Shown in pieces: positions 52,197 to 61,082 of a stretch of DNA of 64,000 bases. The notes beneath the pieces were generated by a model that worked only from the letters and a program-made list of their open reading frames with translations, had not been told where the DNA came from and did not search any database. Each line of letters opens with the position of its first letter. Within the stretch, counting starts at the first letter, position 1. The DNA is from Candidatus Freyarchaeum deiterrae (GTDB lineage: Archaea; Asgardarchaeota; Jordiarchaeia; Jordiarchaeales; Jordiarchaeaceae). The position numbers were made by a program, and so were the translations under genes. Where the stretch lies: positions 1,088,001 through 1,152,000 of the forward strand of contig CP147778.1 in the NCBI GenBank assembly GCA_037305845.1, given 5' to 3'.

Positions 52197-52553
52197 ATGG
52201 TGTTTTTGATGGAAGATTTTGAAATTTACTGTTTTGCCGAAAAAATGAAGACACTTTCAATTATTTTTTCATCTATCCTCACGAGGTACTCGAACTATCT
52301 GAACGATAATAAGGAACCAGAACCAAAGGAAATTATTTGGTGGGTGCTAGATGAGATTTGCCGCGAAGCCAGTATAGCTGTCAATGTTACAAAATCCCAG
52401 CTTCTTTCTAATGCATTAGACCTATTTAATGAAGCTGGAGAAAGTGTGACCGCAGGCAATGTTGAAGAAGCAATCAGAAAAATAGCCCAAGCAACAACGA
52501 GAATTACCACCGAGGCTGATAAAACTTTACGAAAAATAGAAAGGAAAAAGTAG
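52197..52553 (+). CDS. Hypothetical helical protein
   Basis: 118-aa ORF. Confidence 0.6.
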   Translation: MVFLMEDFEIYCFAEKMKTLSIIFSSILTRYSNYLNDNKEPEPKEIIWWVLDEICREASIAVNVTKSQLLSNALDLFNEAGESVTAGNVEEAIRKIAQATTRITTEADKTLRKIERKK

Positions 52554-52662
52554 GAAAAACTACCTACTCACCAATTGGATATGCCAAGTTCTCTTAGGTT
52601 CAATTAATACGTTAGTAGCAGATACCGCTATTCATTGTTTTTTGAAGTGGCTAGTTGTTACC

Positions 52663-53223
52663 CTACGAAGCTGTGACATCCATGAACAAAAGCATGTGAT
52701 AGTTTCCGTTCGCGGTAAAGAGATTTGGACGATTAGAGCTATTGTCCAGATGGTTATATAGTCCTACCAATCCGAAACACTCGTCAACAATGCGATAACC
52801 GCTCGGCCACACGTTCTTTAATAGACCGCCGTATATGAATAAGCTCACGTTTCCTTCTATGTTACTTAAAGTAATACTCGGCGTGTAATAATCCATAGGT
52901 ACAAAGTGCCACCCAGTGGTTCCGTTACCCAGTACTACTCCAGGTGTTATAGTGCCCGATGTTGTGTTTGATGCTAAAACTGCGAACAGCATTACGTCGC
53001 CGCTCTCTTGAATGTAATATGTTTTAAAGCTGATAGTGAGACTGAAAGGCCCCTGTTTGGCTCCAATATCTTTAGCATTCACTTGGGAAGCGCTTGGGAT
53101 ATAGGCGTAAGGATTCGTAGCGGAATAAGTACCCGAAGAACCTAGGGGTGTAAGAATAAACACTGAGAAGGTCAACGCAATCATAACAGTTAGTAGTACA
53201 CCAATTAGCCTTTTTTTATTCAT
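52663..53223 (-). CDS. Secreted or membrane-anchored hypothetical protein
   Basis: MNKKR followed by a hydrophobic signal-like segment. Confidence 0.7.
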   Translation of the reverse strand: MNKKRLIGVLLTVMIALTFSVFILTPLGSSGTYSATNPYAYIPSASQVNAKDIGAKQGPFSLTISFKTYYIQESGDVMLFAVLASNTTSGTITPGVVLGNGTTGWHFVPMDYYTPSITLSNIEGNVSLFIYGGLLKNVWPSGYRIVDECFGLVGLYNHLDNSSNRPNLFTANGNYHMLLFMDVTAS

Positions 53224-53315
53224 TTCTGCTCACATCCGTTAATATAATCACTGTTATTTTAAGACTATAGGGCTTAATTATAGGTTTGCTATTAGGCAAA
53301 GGAGAATAAAAAGTT

Positions 53316-53831
53316 TTAGGTGTCCCCATTATTTATATGTTTGTCTCGAACTGTTTTCACTGTTTCTAAAAGAAGGACTTCTATTCCCTCACCGCTTTTA
53401 GCATTAATAGTGACCACTTGTGTATCGAGATCCTTTAAGATATCCTTTATTTCATCGGTTGCTGGAGTCTCTTCAGGATTTTTCTTATTCACCACCACTA
53501 TGGTAGGCACCTTTTTATCTTCTACTAGTTCTTCATAGATCTCACGTGCTTTTGAAAAAGATTCCCGATCACTACTGTCCACTACTAAAAGTAAAGCATT
53601 CATACCCTTGGACAAAGATTTTCGAACTACTGAAAACCGGTCAGATCCCGGAGTTCCAAAAAAGTGAAGCCGTGAATCATTCACATCACAATAGGTGTAA
53701 TCCATACCAACAGTAGAACCCTCACACTCCATCCGAATAGATTCCTTTCCGCTGAATTCGGCTAATTTTGAAACCATTTCCGTTTTGCCACTTGCCTTCG
53801 GCCCAGCCACCACAACCTTAAAATGGGTCAT
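53316..53831 (-). CDS. Small GTPase (MglA/Arf-like)
   Basis: G1 GPKASGKT, TVGMD, G3 variant FGTPG, G4 NKKN and G5 NAK. Confidence 0.88.
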   Translation of the reverse strand: MTHFKVVVAGPKASGKTEMVSKLAEFSGKESIRMECEGSTVGMDYTYCDVNDSRLHFFGTPGSDRFSVVRKSLSKGMNALLLVVDSSDRESFSKAREIYEELVEDKKVPTIVVVNKKNPEETPATDEIKDILKDLDTQVVTINAKSGEGIEVLLLETVKTVRDKHINNGDT

Positions 53832-54122
53832 TAAATTCCCTCTATAACCCTAAATTTTATTAATTAATCAACGTCATTTACCGATAAATAACTTTCGCTA
53901 ATATTAAAAAGCAGTGCTTCGCAGGAAAAGTAGCCTCACTGAATGAAGCGAAAATGATTAACAAAATATAGAATATGAAAACTTAAAGGAAATATCCCAC
54001 AAAACGCTGTAATATAGAAAGAGTTATGATATTTATTTTTGTAAAAGACAAAATTTTTGATAACTTTTAGAGAATTTAACCCTCTAAGTTGTTATTTTTG
54101 GGTATAATTAGAGATTGGAGGA

Positions 54123-54178
54123 GCAACCCCTTGCGGGGGTGTCCCCGATGTCTTCCCTTTCGGGTTTCGGACAGCGGA
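54123..54178 (-). promoter_or_regulatory. Candidate SECIS-like structure plus a second GNRA hairpin in the vhuU 3' UTR
   Basis: Minus strand reads UGUC-CGAAA-CCC-GAAA-GGG-AA-GACA, then CCCC-GCAA-GGGG, starting right after the vhuU stop. Confidence 0.6.
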
Positions 54179-54328
54179 TCAATCAGAGCCTATCACAATC
54201 TCTTTGTTCACGATCTCCTTACCCTCTTCATCGAGGATAATGAGATGGGCGGAACATGAGAGTCAGCAGTCATAGGATCGCATAACCATTTCCAGTAGGT
54301 TAAGGACCTTTGGGTCTATTTCGGGCAT
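54179..54328 (-). CDS. vhuU: Selenocysteine-containing hydrogenase small peptide VhuU/MvhU (UGA at 54263-54265), 49 aa
   Basis: MPEIDPKVLNLLEMVMRSYDCULSCSAHLIILDEEGKEIVNKEIVIGSD supplies the C-terminal Ni-binding motif missing from the upstream large subunit; GGAGG RBS. Confidence 0.9.
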
Positions 54329-54357
54329 ATTTTCCTTATCCTCCAGATTTTTTGTTC

Positions 54358-55671
54358 TTAAGTTTTTATCATGGGTTCGGGTAACTTCAATTTTTCAAGA
54401 ATCTTATCCTCAAATATTTGCTTAGCCGTCACTAGGATTGATTTTTCCACTGTGGCTATGTTATGATTGGTGGCAACAATGAGGTTTGCTTTGGTGCATA
54501 TTCCGTTGTCATCTGACCAGTAGTGATGTATAAGTGTTCCACGAGGAGCTTCTAATATGCCTGCACCATTACCCTGTTTAGGCTCCACATCTGCAAGCTT
54601 AACATCGGTACTGACTATATCGGGGTCTTCAAGTAGAATCTTTGCTTTCTCTACAGCTTCAACCAGTTCAACTATCCTAGCCCAGTTATAAGCTAGGGTA
54701 GCATTGCATGGTCTGCCAACAGTATCCCTATATTCCTTGAATGCCTCCTGAGCCAGAGGAGTCTCCATTTTTTCGACAACATTTAGGCGTGGCAAAGGCC
54801 CTGCACGCCAAATTCCGTCTGGATAACCCGCCGGCTTATAGAATATGTGTGTCGCATAGGAGTAAGGTGCTACGTGTTCAGCTATGTATTCCAAATAATC
54901 TTTCTTCGGGAAATCTGCAACAATTTTACCTTCGGGACTCATAACCCTGACCGTTGCCTTCCCAAAGATGGTGTGCACGCCTTCATTGGCAATACCTACG
55001 TGGTATGAATCAAAAACTCCTAGCTTTGTTATAACATCTAGGTAGTCTGTAACAACCTTCTTAGCAAGGTCTACAGTAAAGTTGGTGAGTTCCAGTGCCT
55101 TGTCAATCCTTTTTAACTGTTCATCGCGTTCCTCCTCTGTCAGAGATTTAGACTGACCTCCAGGAACAGAAGTGACTGGATGTATAGCTCTTCCACCTAT
55201 AAGGAAGCAAAGTTCCTGTCCAATTCTCATCAATTCCAGTGCTTTTTTACCCACATCAGGTAGATTTTTAATTACTGTAATCACGTTACGGTATTTCGGC
55301 TCAGCGAGAGGACCTAACAGAAAGTCTGGCGCAGCTAAGGCATAAAAGTGTAAAGCGTGACTGGAAATATATTTTGCCTGTAAGAGGAGTTCTCTAAGCT
55401 TTAACGCGGGCAGGGGTGGAGTAACATCCCAAGCAGTCTCAACAGCGCTTACCGCTGCTAGGTGGTGAGCCTCGGGGCAGATACCGCAAATCCTTGGCGC
55501 TATTCGAATCACCCGGTCGAGATTACGGCCTTCTAGGAATTTTTCAAAGAAACGTGTGACTACTACACCGAAATGGGCGTCTTCTACTGTGTTATTTTTG
55601 CCTAGCTTTATTACGATTTTTCCGTGTCCCTCAAGTCTGGTTGCTGGTTCAATAACAATTTCTTTACTCAT
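54358..55671 (-). CDS. mvhA: Group 3c [NiFe] hydrogenase large subunit lacking the C-terminal motif (VhuA type)
   Basis: TRLEGHG, RICGICPEAH and EAPRGTLIHHY; no terminal DPCxxC. Confidence 0.92.
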   Translation of the reverse strand: MSKEIVIEPATRLEGHGKIVIKLGKNNTVEDAHFGVVVTRFFEKFLEGRNLDRVIRIAPRICGICPEAHHLAAVSAVETAWDVTPPLPALKLRELLLQAKYISSHALHFYALAAPDFLLGPLAEPKYRNVITVIKNLPDVGKKALELMRIGQELCFLIGGRAIHPVTSVPGGQSKSLTEEERDEQLKRIDKALELTNFTVDLAKKVVTDYLDVITKLGVFDSYHVGIANEGVHTIFGKATVRVMSPEGKIVADFPKKDYLEYIAEHVAPYSYATHIFYKPAGYPDGIWRAGPLPRLNVVEKMETPLAQEAFKEYRDTVGRPCNATLAYNWARIVELVEAVEKAKILLEDPDIVSTDVKLADVEPKQGNGAGILEAPRGTLIHHYWSDDNGICTKANLIVATNHNIATVEKSILVTAKQIFEDKILEKLKLPEPMIKT

Positions 55672-55674
55672 ATT

Positions 55675-56586
55675 TTATTTCGCCTTCCTTACGGTTTTTG
55701 ATACTATGCCCGATGGCAGGAAGTAGGTATAAAAGGTTCCGGCAACATCACCGACTCTTTTTACAAGTTCCTCTGGGCTTATTGCCTCATAATCTACTAT
55801 GGAGCCCAGTGCGCTAATCATCTTGGCTCCTTGGTCTATTACATTCGGTCCTGGACCGTAGCATCCCGTACAGGGCGATCCCGCCCTTGTACACAAGGCA
55901 CCGCAGCCTTCACGTGTCGCGGGCCCCATGCAAACGTATCCCTGTTCCAATAAGCACTTCTTTGGATCCGGTATCCCTTCATAGTCTCTCTTTAACTGTT
56001 TAATAGTTATTACTTGGGATTTTTCTCTTGGACACTCGTCACATAGAGTACGAGTTGGTGGTGGCGGTAGCTCGCCTTTCAACAGACCCACTAATGCGTC
56101 TGCAATGTTCTGTGAAGTTACCGGACAACCGGGTAGGAAAACTTCAAAATTCACTATTTTTTTGTTAGGCACAATAAAGTCTAACATCTTTGGAATATCT
56201 TCATCAGGAATAGAAGGTTCTTCAAGACTTTCTGCTTCCATAAATTTACGTTTGAAAGCTTCATCCATAGTAGAAAGATTAAGCAATCCGTAGATTCCAC
56301 CATAGGTGGAACAGCTGCCCAATGAAATCAGAGTTTTAACCTTCGCCCTCAAAGTCTTTAAGATGTGTACATCTTCCTCTGTCCTGCAGACACCTTCAAC
56401 AATTCCGACATCGATTGAGCCGTCCTTGTAACTCTCTAAATCCTTGTACTTGAAGTCGGTCACTACATGCCAGAAGACAATGTCCAACTCCGGCAGAATG
56501 GGTAGCAGGCCTTCGTAATTATCTAAAAACGATTGGTAACAACCCCAACAACTGGCCAACGAAACCATAGCTACTTTAACAGGCAT
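55675..56586 (-). CDS. mvhG: F420-non-reducing hydrogenase small subunit
   Basis: SCWGC, GSCSTYGG, LPGCP, CLLEQGYVCMGPAT and PCTGCYGP. Confidence 0.92.
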   Translation of the reverse strand: MPVKVAMVSLASCWGCYQSFLDNYEGLLPILPELDIVFWHVVTDFKYKDLESYKDGSIDVGIVEGVCRTEEDVHILKTLRAKVKTLISLGSCSTYGGIYGLLNLSTMDEAFKRKFMEAESLEEPSIPDEDIPKMLDFIVPNKKIVNFEVFLPGCPVTSQNIADALVGLLKGELPPPPTRTLCDECPREKSQVITIKQLKRDYEGIPDPKKCLLEQGYVCMGPATREGCGALCTRAGSPCTGCYGPGPNVIDQGAKMISALGSIVDYEAISPEELVKRVGDVAGTFYTYFLPSGIVSKTVRKAK

Positions 56587-56605
56587 TGTTCAAAACCTCC
56601 AAATT

Positions 56606-57065
56606 TTACTCCTTATCTTTTCTGAGCGGACTAGGTCCCAACTCCTTCAGTTTTTTCACAAAATCGTTCATAACTTCAACTAAAACATTACCTTCACTGG
56701 CTGAAATCCACTCCAACCTTAATCTCTCGGGTTCAATACCGAGCTGTTCAATTAACTTTTCGAGAAGTCTAATTCTCTCCTCAGCCCTGTAGTTTCCAGT
56801 AACATAGTGACAGTCACCGTGATGACACCCCGCTATAAGCACACCATCAGCACCCAATTCAAAAGCTTTCAAAACAAACTGAGGATCGACACGACTACTA
56901 CACATAACCCGAATAAACCTAGCATTTGAGGGATACTGCATCCTACTAGTACCCGCCATATCAGCGCCGGCATATGAACACCAATTCTGCGCCATGTAGA
57001 CAAATCTACGAAGCTTTGCAGAAGATGCCGACAATTCTTGGTTTAAATTCTCCGTCATTACCCAT
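56606..57065 (-). CDS. mvhD: MvhD [2Fe-2S] subunit, split by an intron: complement(join(56606..56984,57016..57065)), 142 aa
   Basis: The spliced product reads [28 protein letters not shown]...RVMCSSRV...GCHHGDCHY; GGTGA RBS upstream of 57065. Confidence 0.9.
56985..57015 (-). other. Putative 31-nt BHB/BHL mRNA intron in mvhD
   Basis: CTGC/GCAG 4-bp helix, AAA and AAT bulges, inner GCT/GGC and GTAGA/TCTAC stems, in-frame TAG and a frameshift. Confidence 0.87.
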
Positions 57066-57156
57066 TGCCTTTCACCTTACTTTAGTAATGTTTTTTTGAA
57101 GTTGTAGCAGATATTTTGTTGTGTTCACATTTTTTATTATCATTAGGGGGGAAGGT

Positions 57157-57225
57157 TTCCCCACGCGTGTTTTTAATAGGGTTTTTTTCGTGGTTAACAG
57201 TTATTTTTGATATTTAATGCTTTCG
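57157..57225 (-). promoter_or_regulatory. Promoter/leader of the mvhDGAU operon, duplicated upstream of hdrA
   Basis: BRE/TATA-like CGAAAGCATTAAATA followed by a CCACG...CGTGG inverted repeat; near-identical to 60864-60931. Confidence 0.75.
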
Positions 57226-57695
57226 ACAGCTTTATCCGCCAATTTTTAAAAAATAACAAACCGGAATTATTTCTACATAGAACGGAACCAGCTATATTTC
57301 TCGGATTAGTACGCCCTTTTTTTAAAAAATTAGGACTTATTACATGGAGTTGGCGCCTGTTTTGTTCTAGTCAATTATAATCACATTTTTGATTTAAAAT
57401 AATTCATGAAAACAGATGCAGAGATCCATTTGAAGTTATATCCGAGTTCAAGAGCATTAAAAGGACAGACATCTCAACAACTTCCACAGAAACTAACTAA
57501 TTCCCAACATCAATCAGAGTTCTAATACGGGAAAGCTATGGAATGTGGGGACATATACGAAGCGAATAAGAGTATGGTTCTATTTTTAAAACCTCTGATA
57601 ATCCTTAAGATTATTAGATGTGGCGAGGTCTTGTTTATAGGCAAGTCTAAAAATAGCGTAACTTGTTTCGTTTGAGAATTTGCCGGTGACCCTTT

Positions 57696-58724
57696 GTGAC
57701 AACTTTGAAAGTGCTGTTTAAAACTGTACAGGGGCTTGAAGAACCCACTTCGCAGGAGATTCTTGAGAAACTGAGCGCTATTAATTTGATCTTCTCCCCC
57801 TATGGCCCACAAGGATGGATTAAGTGTGAAATAGAGGATCGCATATTTAGGGATGTAGGAAGACTAAGGTCAATTATTGAGGCTTATGTGATTTTACGGG
57901 AGGAAGATTACGACGAGGGGTTCTCAATTGATAATTTTGCGGATGCGGTGGTAACTGAGATTCCTGTTTATGCTCCTAACGCCCGAAAAATTTCAGTTTC
58001 AGCCTACTCAAGTCACAGAAAACCAAGCCAAAAGGAGATACAAGGAACTTTTGCGAGGAGAATCGCCAAGGAACTTAACGCTGAATGCAATCTTAGGAAT
58101 TATGATACCGCTTTAAGAATAACCTTACTCAGGAGAATAGCGCTTGCAACCATAAACCTGGAAATACAGCCAGGAAACATGCCAAAGAAACTTGAAACCC
58201 ACCCAACACCAGTACTTCCCCCCATAGCGTATTGTATGGTCAGGTTAGCGTCCCCACAGAAGGGTGAACACTTGCTCGACCCGATGTGTGGTTGTGGAAC
58301 AATACCATGCATGGCGGCATTAGAGTGGGAAAACCTTAGAGTTACAGGGTCGGACATTTCCAGTGAATATATATCCTGCGCCAAGAGAAACGCTGAAACC
58401 TTAGGGGTAGCGGATAGAGTAAAATTTATGGTTAGTGACGTAGCAGAACTCGCAGAAAAAGGAGTTGAAGCGGATATAATCTCAGTTAACCCACCGTATG
58501 GAATAGCCATACCAACACAAAACGAGACGGAAAAACTGTACGACTCGATATTCAACACAGCTGATAAAATTCTACCAAAACAGGGTAGAATCATCATAAT
58601 AACACCCTACCCTCAACAAGTAGGAGAAGCGGCAAACAAAAAGAAGTTCCAGAGTATCAACACCTACAAAATCCACGAAGGAGAATTACCCAGAACAATC
58701 CAAATCATGAAAAAGTTACAATAA
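57696..58724 (+). CDS. THUMP-domain RNA methyltransferase (Trm14/TrmN-like)
   Basis: GLE, LLDPMCGCGTI, GSDIS and NPPYG. Confidence 0.85.
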   Translation: MTTLKVLFKTVQGLEEPTSQEILEKLSAINLIFSPYGPQGWIKCEIEDRIFRDVGRLRSIIEAYVILREEDYDEGFSIDNFADAVVTEIPVYAPNARKISVSAYSSHRKPSQKEIQGTFARRIAKELNAECNLRNYDTALRITLLRRIALATINLEIQPGNMPKKLETHPTPVLPPIAYCMVRLASPQKGEHLLDPMCGCGTIPCMAALEWENLRVTGSDISSEYISCAKRNAETLGVADRVKFMVSDVAELAEKGVEADIISVNPPYGIAIPTQNETEKLYDSIFNTADKILPKQGRIIIITPYPQQVGEAANKKKFQSINTYKIHEGELPRTIQIMKKLQ

Positions 58725-58842
58725 AAAATAGAGGTACATACCTCAAACTCTTTTCGAATTCTTCCAGCTAAGGTCACCGTATTTACTGGAATATTCCTTA
58801 GAAAATTATTAAAAAAGAGAAAAGAAAAAATTTGATTCGATT

Positions 58843-60801
58843 CTACTTTTGCAGGGCGGCTTCTATTTCAGCCATCACTTGTTTGAACTTGAAGTGTTGC
58901 TCGTCTATAGCTCCACTTGGGCAAGCAGCGGCACAAGCTCCACAGCCTTTGCACAGTATGCTGTTTATATTTGATTTATTATCTACAGTCATGCCGATTG
59001 CTCCGTATGGACATACATCTTGGCATACCTTGCATCCAGAGCAGAGTTCCTCGTCGACGACGCTAAAGTAGGGCTCGATCTCCACTTCACCCATACCCAT
59101 GAGTGCCATGGCGGCTGCAGCTGCACCCTTGCCTTGAGCTACTGCGTCAGGGATATCTTTTGGTCCTTGAGCCATGCCGCATACGAAGACACCGTCTGTA
59201 AGGGTGTCAACTGGGCGTAGCTTGGGGTGTGCTTCCATCAAGAATCCGTCTGCACTCTTGGAGAGTCGGAATAAGTGCTGTATTTCGGTAGTTTCCTTTC
59301 TGGGAATCACCGCTGATGCTAGGACAACCAGGTCCACTTCTAGTTCCATGAGTTGGCCGAGTAGCGTATCTTCCGCGCGGACTAATAGTTTTTCTGTTCC
59401 GGGGACTTGTCGGACTTCTGCCACTCTGCCTCGAACAAAGTTTACGCCGTATTCTCTTCCCGCAATCTCGTAGAATTCATCGTAACCTTTTCCAAAGGTC
59501 CGCATATCCATGTAAAATATGAAAACCTCAGCGTCAGGATATTTTTCCTTAATCTGCCTCGCGTGCTTTACGCTATAAGTGCAGCAGACTCTGGAACAGT
59601 ACTGGAATATCCTCTGGTCACGCGAACCTACACACTGAATGAACGCTATTCGCTTCGGCTTCTCATGGGTTGATGGAACAATAACCTTGCCACCCGTTGG
59701 GCCGAACGAACTAAGCAGCCTCTCCAGCTCCATGGAGGTGATTACGTTTGGTAAACGGCCATAACCATACTGGGGCAAGTCAAACGGAGTATATACATCA
59801 TAGCCAGTAGCTATTATAACAGTGCCCACGTTCAACTCTATCTCTTTCTCTTGCTGGTTGAAGTCAAGAGCCTCAGGCTCACAGGCCTTCACACACAGCA
59901 TACACTCTATACACTTATTTCTATCAATGGTGTAAAGGTTAGGAACAGCCTGCGGGAAAGGAATGTACGCCGCTCTTCGCGCACCCATACCTAATTCAAA
60001 TTCGTTGGGAACATACACTGGGCAGACCTCAACACATTTTCCACAACCAGTGCATTTTCCAGCTATCACGTATCTCGGATGTTCAACTATCTTCACTTTG
60101 AAGTTGCCTACATATCCTTCAACGCTTTTGAGTTCGCTATAGGTATGGATTTCAATATTCGGGTTACGAGACGCTTCCACCATTTTCGGAGTCAAAATAC
60201 ATGCGCTGCAGTCCATAGTTGGAAACGTCTTGTCAAGCTGCGCCATTCTCCCTCCAATAGTGGGAGACATCTCAATAAGGTAAACCTTGAATCCCGCCTT
60301 AGCAATGTCCAGCGCAGCTGAAATTCCAGCGATACCGCCTCCAACTATTAGGCACTCTGGTGTAACCTTTACTTTCTGAACCTCCAGTGGTTCCAATGCC
60401 GTAGCTTTAGCAACAGCAATCCTAATCAGATCCTTTGCCTTTTCCAACGCTTCCTCCGGTTGCCTCATGTGAACCCAGGTATCATGCTCCCTAATATTCG
60501 CCTGCTCAAAAAGAAACTGGTTCAACCCGGCCTCCACACACACTCTCCGGAAGGTCGGCTCATGAAGCCTCGGACTACAAGCTGCAACCACTACCCTGTT
60601 AAGATTCAGCTTCTGAATGTCCTCCTTAATCATCCCCTGTCCAGGATCAGAACACATAAAACGGTAATCTTTGGCCACCACCACATTGGGCAGGGTTTGT
60701 GCATACTCAGTCAAAGCCGTAGGACTCACTACACCAGCTATGTTCGTACCACAATGACACACATAAACTCCTATCCGTACTTCTTCTTCTTTTTCACCCA
60801 T
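58843..60801 (-). CDS. hdrA: Heterodisulfide reductase subunit A
   Basis: GVYVCHCGTNI, AACSP, GGGIAG, LDKTFPTMDCSACI, CVGSRD and CSRVCC, plus ferredoxin motifs. Confidence 0.95.
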   Translation of the reverse strand: MGEKEEEVRIGVYVCHCGTNIAGVVSPTALTEYAQTLPNVVVAKDYRFMCSDPGQGMIKEDIQKLNLNRVVVAACSPRLHEPTFRRVCVEAGLNQFLFEQANIREHDTWVHMRQPEEALEKAKDLIRIAVAKATALEPLEVQKVKVTPECLIVGGGIAGISAALDIAKAGFKVYLIEMSPTIGGRMAQLDKTFPTMDCSACILTPKMVEASRNPNIEIHTYSELKSVEGYVGNFKVKIVEHPRYVIAGKCTGCGKCVEVCPVYVPNEFELGMGARRAAYIPFPQAVPNLYTIDRNKCIECMLCVKACEPEALDFNQQEKEIELNVGTVIIATGYDVYTPFDLPQYGYGRLPNVITSMELERLLSSFGPTGGKVIVPSTHEKPKRIAFIQCVGSRDQRIFQYCSRVCCTYSVKHARQIKEKYPDAEVFIFYMDMRTFGKGYDEFYEIAGREYGVNFVRGRVAEVRQVPGTEKLLVRAEDTLLGQLMELEVDLVVLASAVIPRKETTEIQHLFRLSKSADGFLMEAHPKLRPVDTLTDGVFVCGMAQGPKDIPDAVAQGKGAAAAAMALMGMGEVEIEPYFSVVDEELCSGCKVCQDVCPYGAIGMTVDNKSNINSILCKGCGACAAACPSGAIDEQHFKFKQVMAEIEAALQK

Positions 60802-60863
60802 TCGGATTTCCTCCGAGATTTAATTTTTAAAGAGCTATATTAAATTAAATTATCGTTAAGAAT

Positions 60864-60931
60864 TTTCCCACGCGTATTTTTAGGAGGGTTGTTTCGTGGT
60901 TAACAGTTATTTTTGATATTTAATGTTTTCG
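60864..60931 (-). promoter_or_regulatory. hdrA promoter/leader, second copy of the shared element
   Basis: Shares TTTCGTGGTTAACAGTTATTTTTGATATTTAATG with the mvhD upstream copy. Confidence 0.75.
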
Positions 60932-61082
60932 TTATCCCACATTTAATAAAACACAAAACTCAGTAGAGCTTATACGCAAATTAGAATCAAGCCTTTATTT
61001 AAAGCGACAAAATTATATCTCACTAAATTAATTTAATAAATACTTGAATTATAATAGAACTTTTAAAGGGGTTTATTTCTAA

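Noticed and set aside
56985-57058. Track ORF start [15 protein letters not shown] for MvhD
   Set aside because: It lacks the first conserved Cys and the FxPxIVG strand, which lie in another frame starting at 57065 with a good RBS.
58843-60801. Selenocysteine in HdrA
   Set aside because: The ORF is continuous with Cys codons and has no in-frame UGA.
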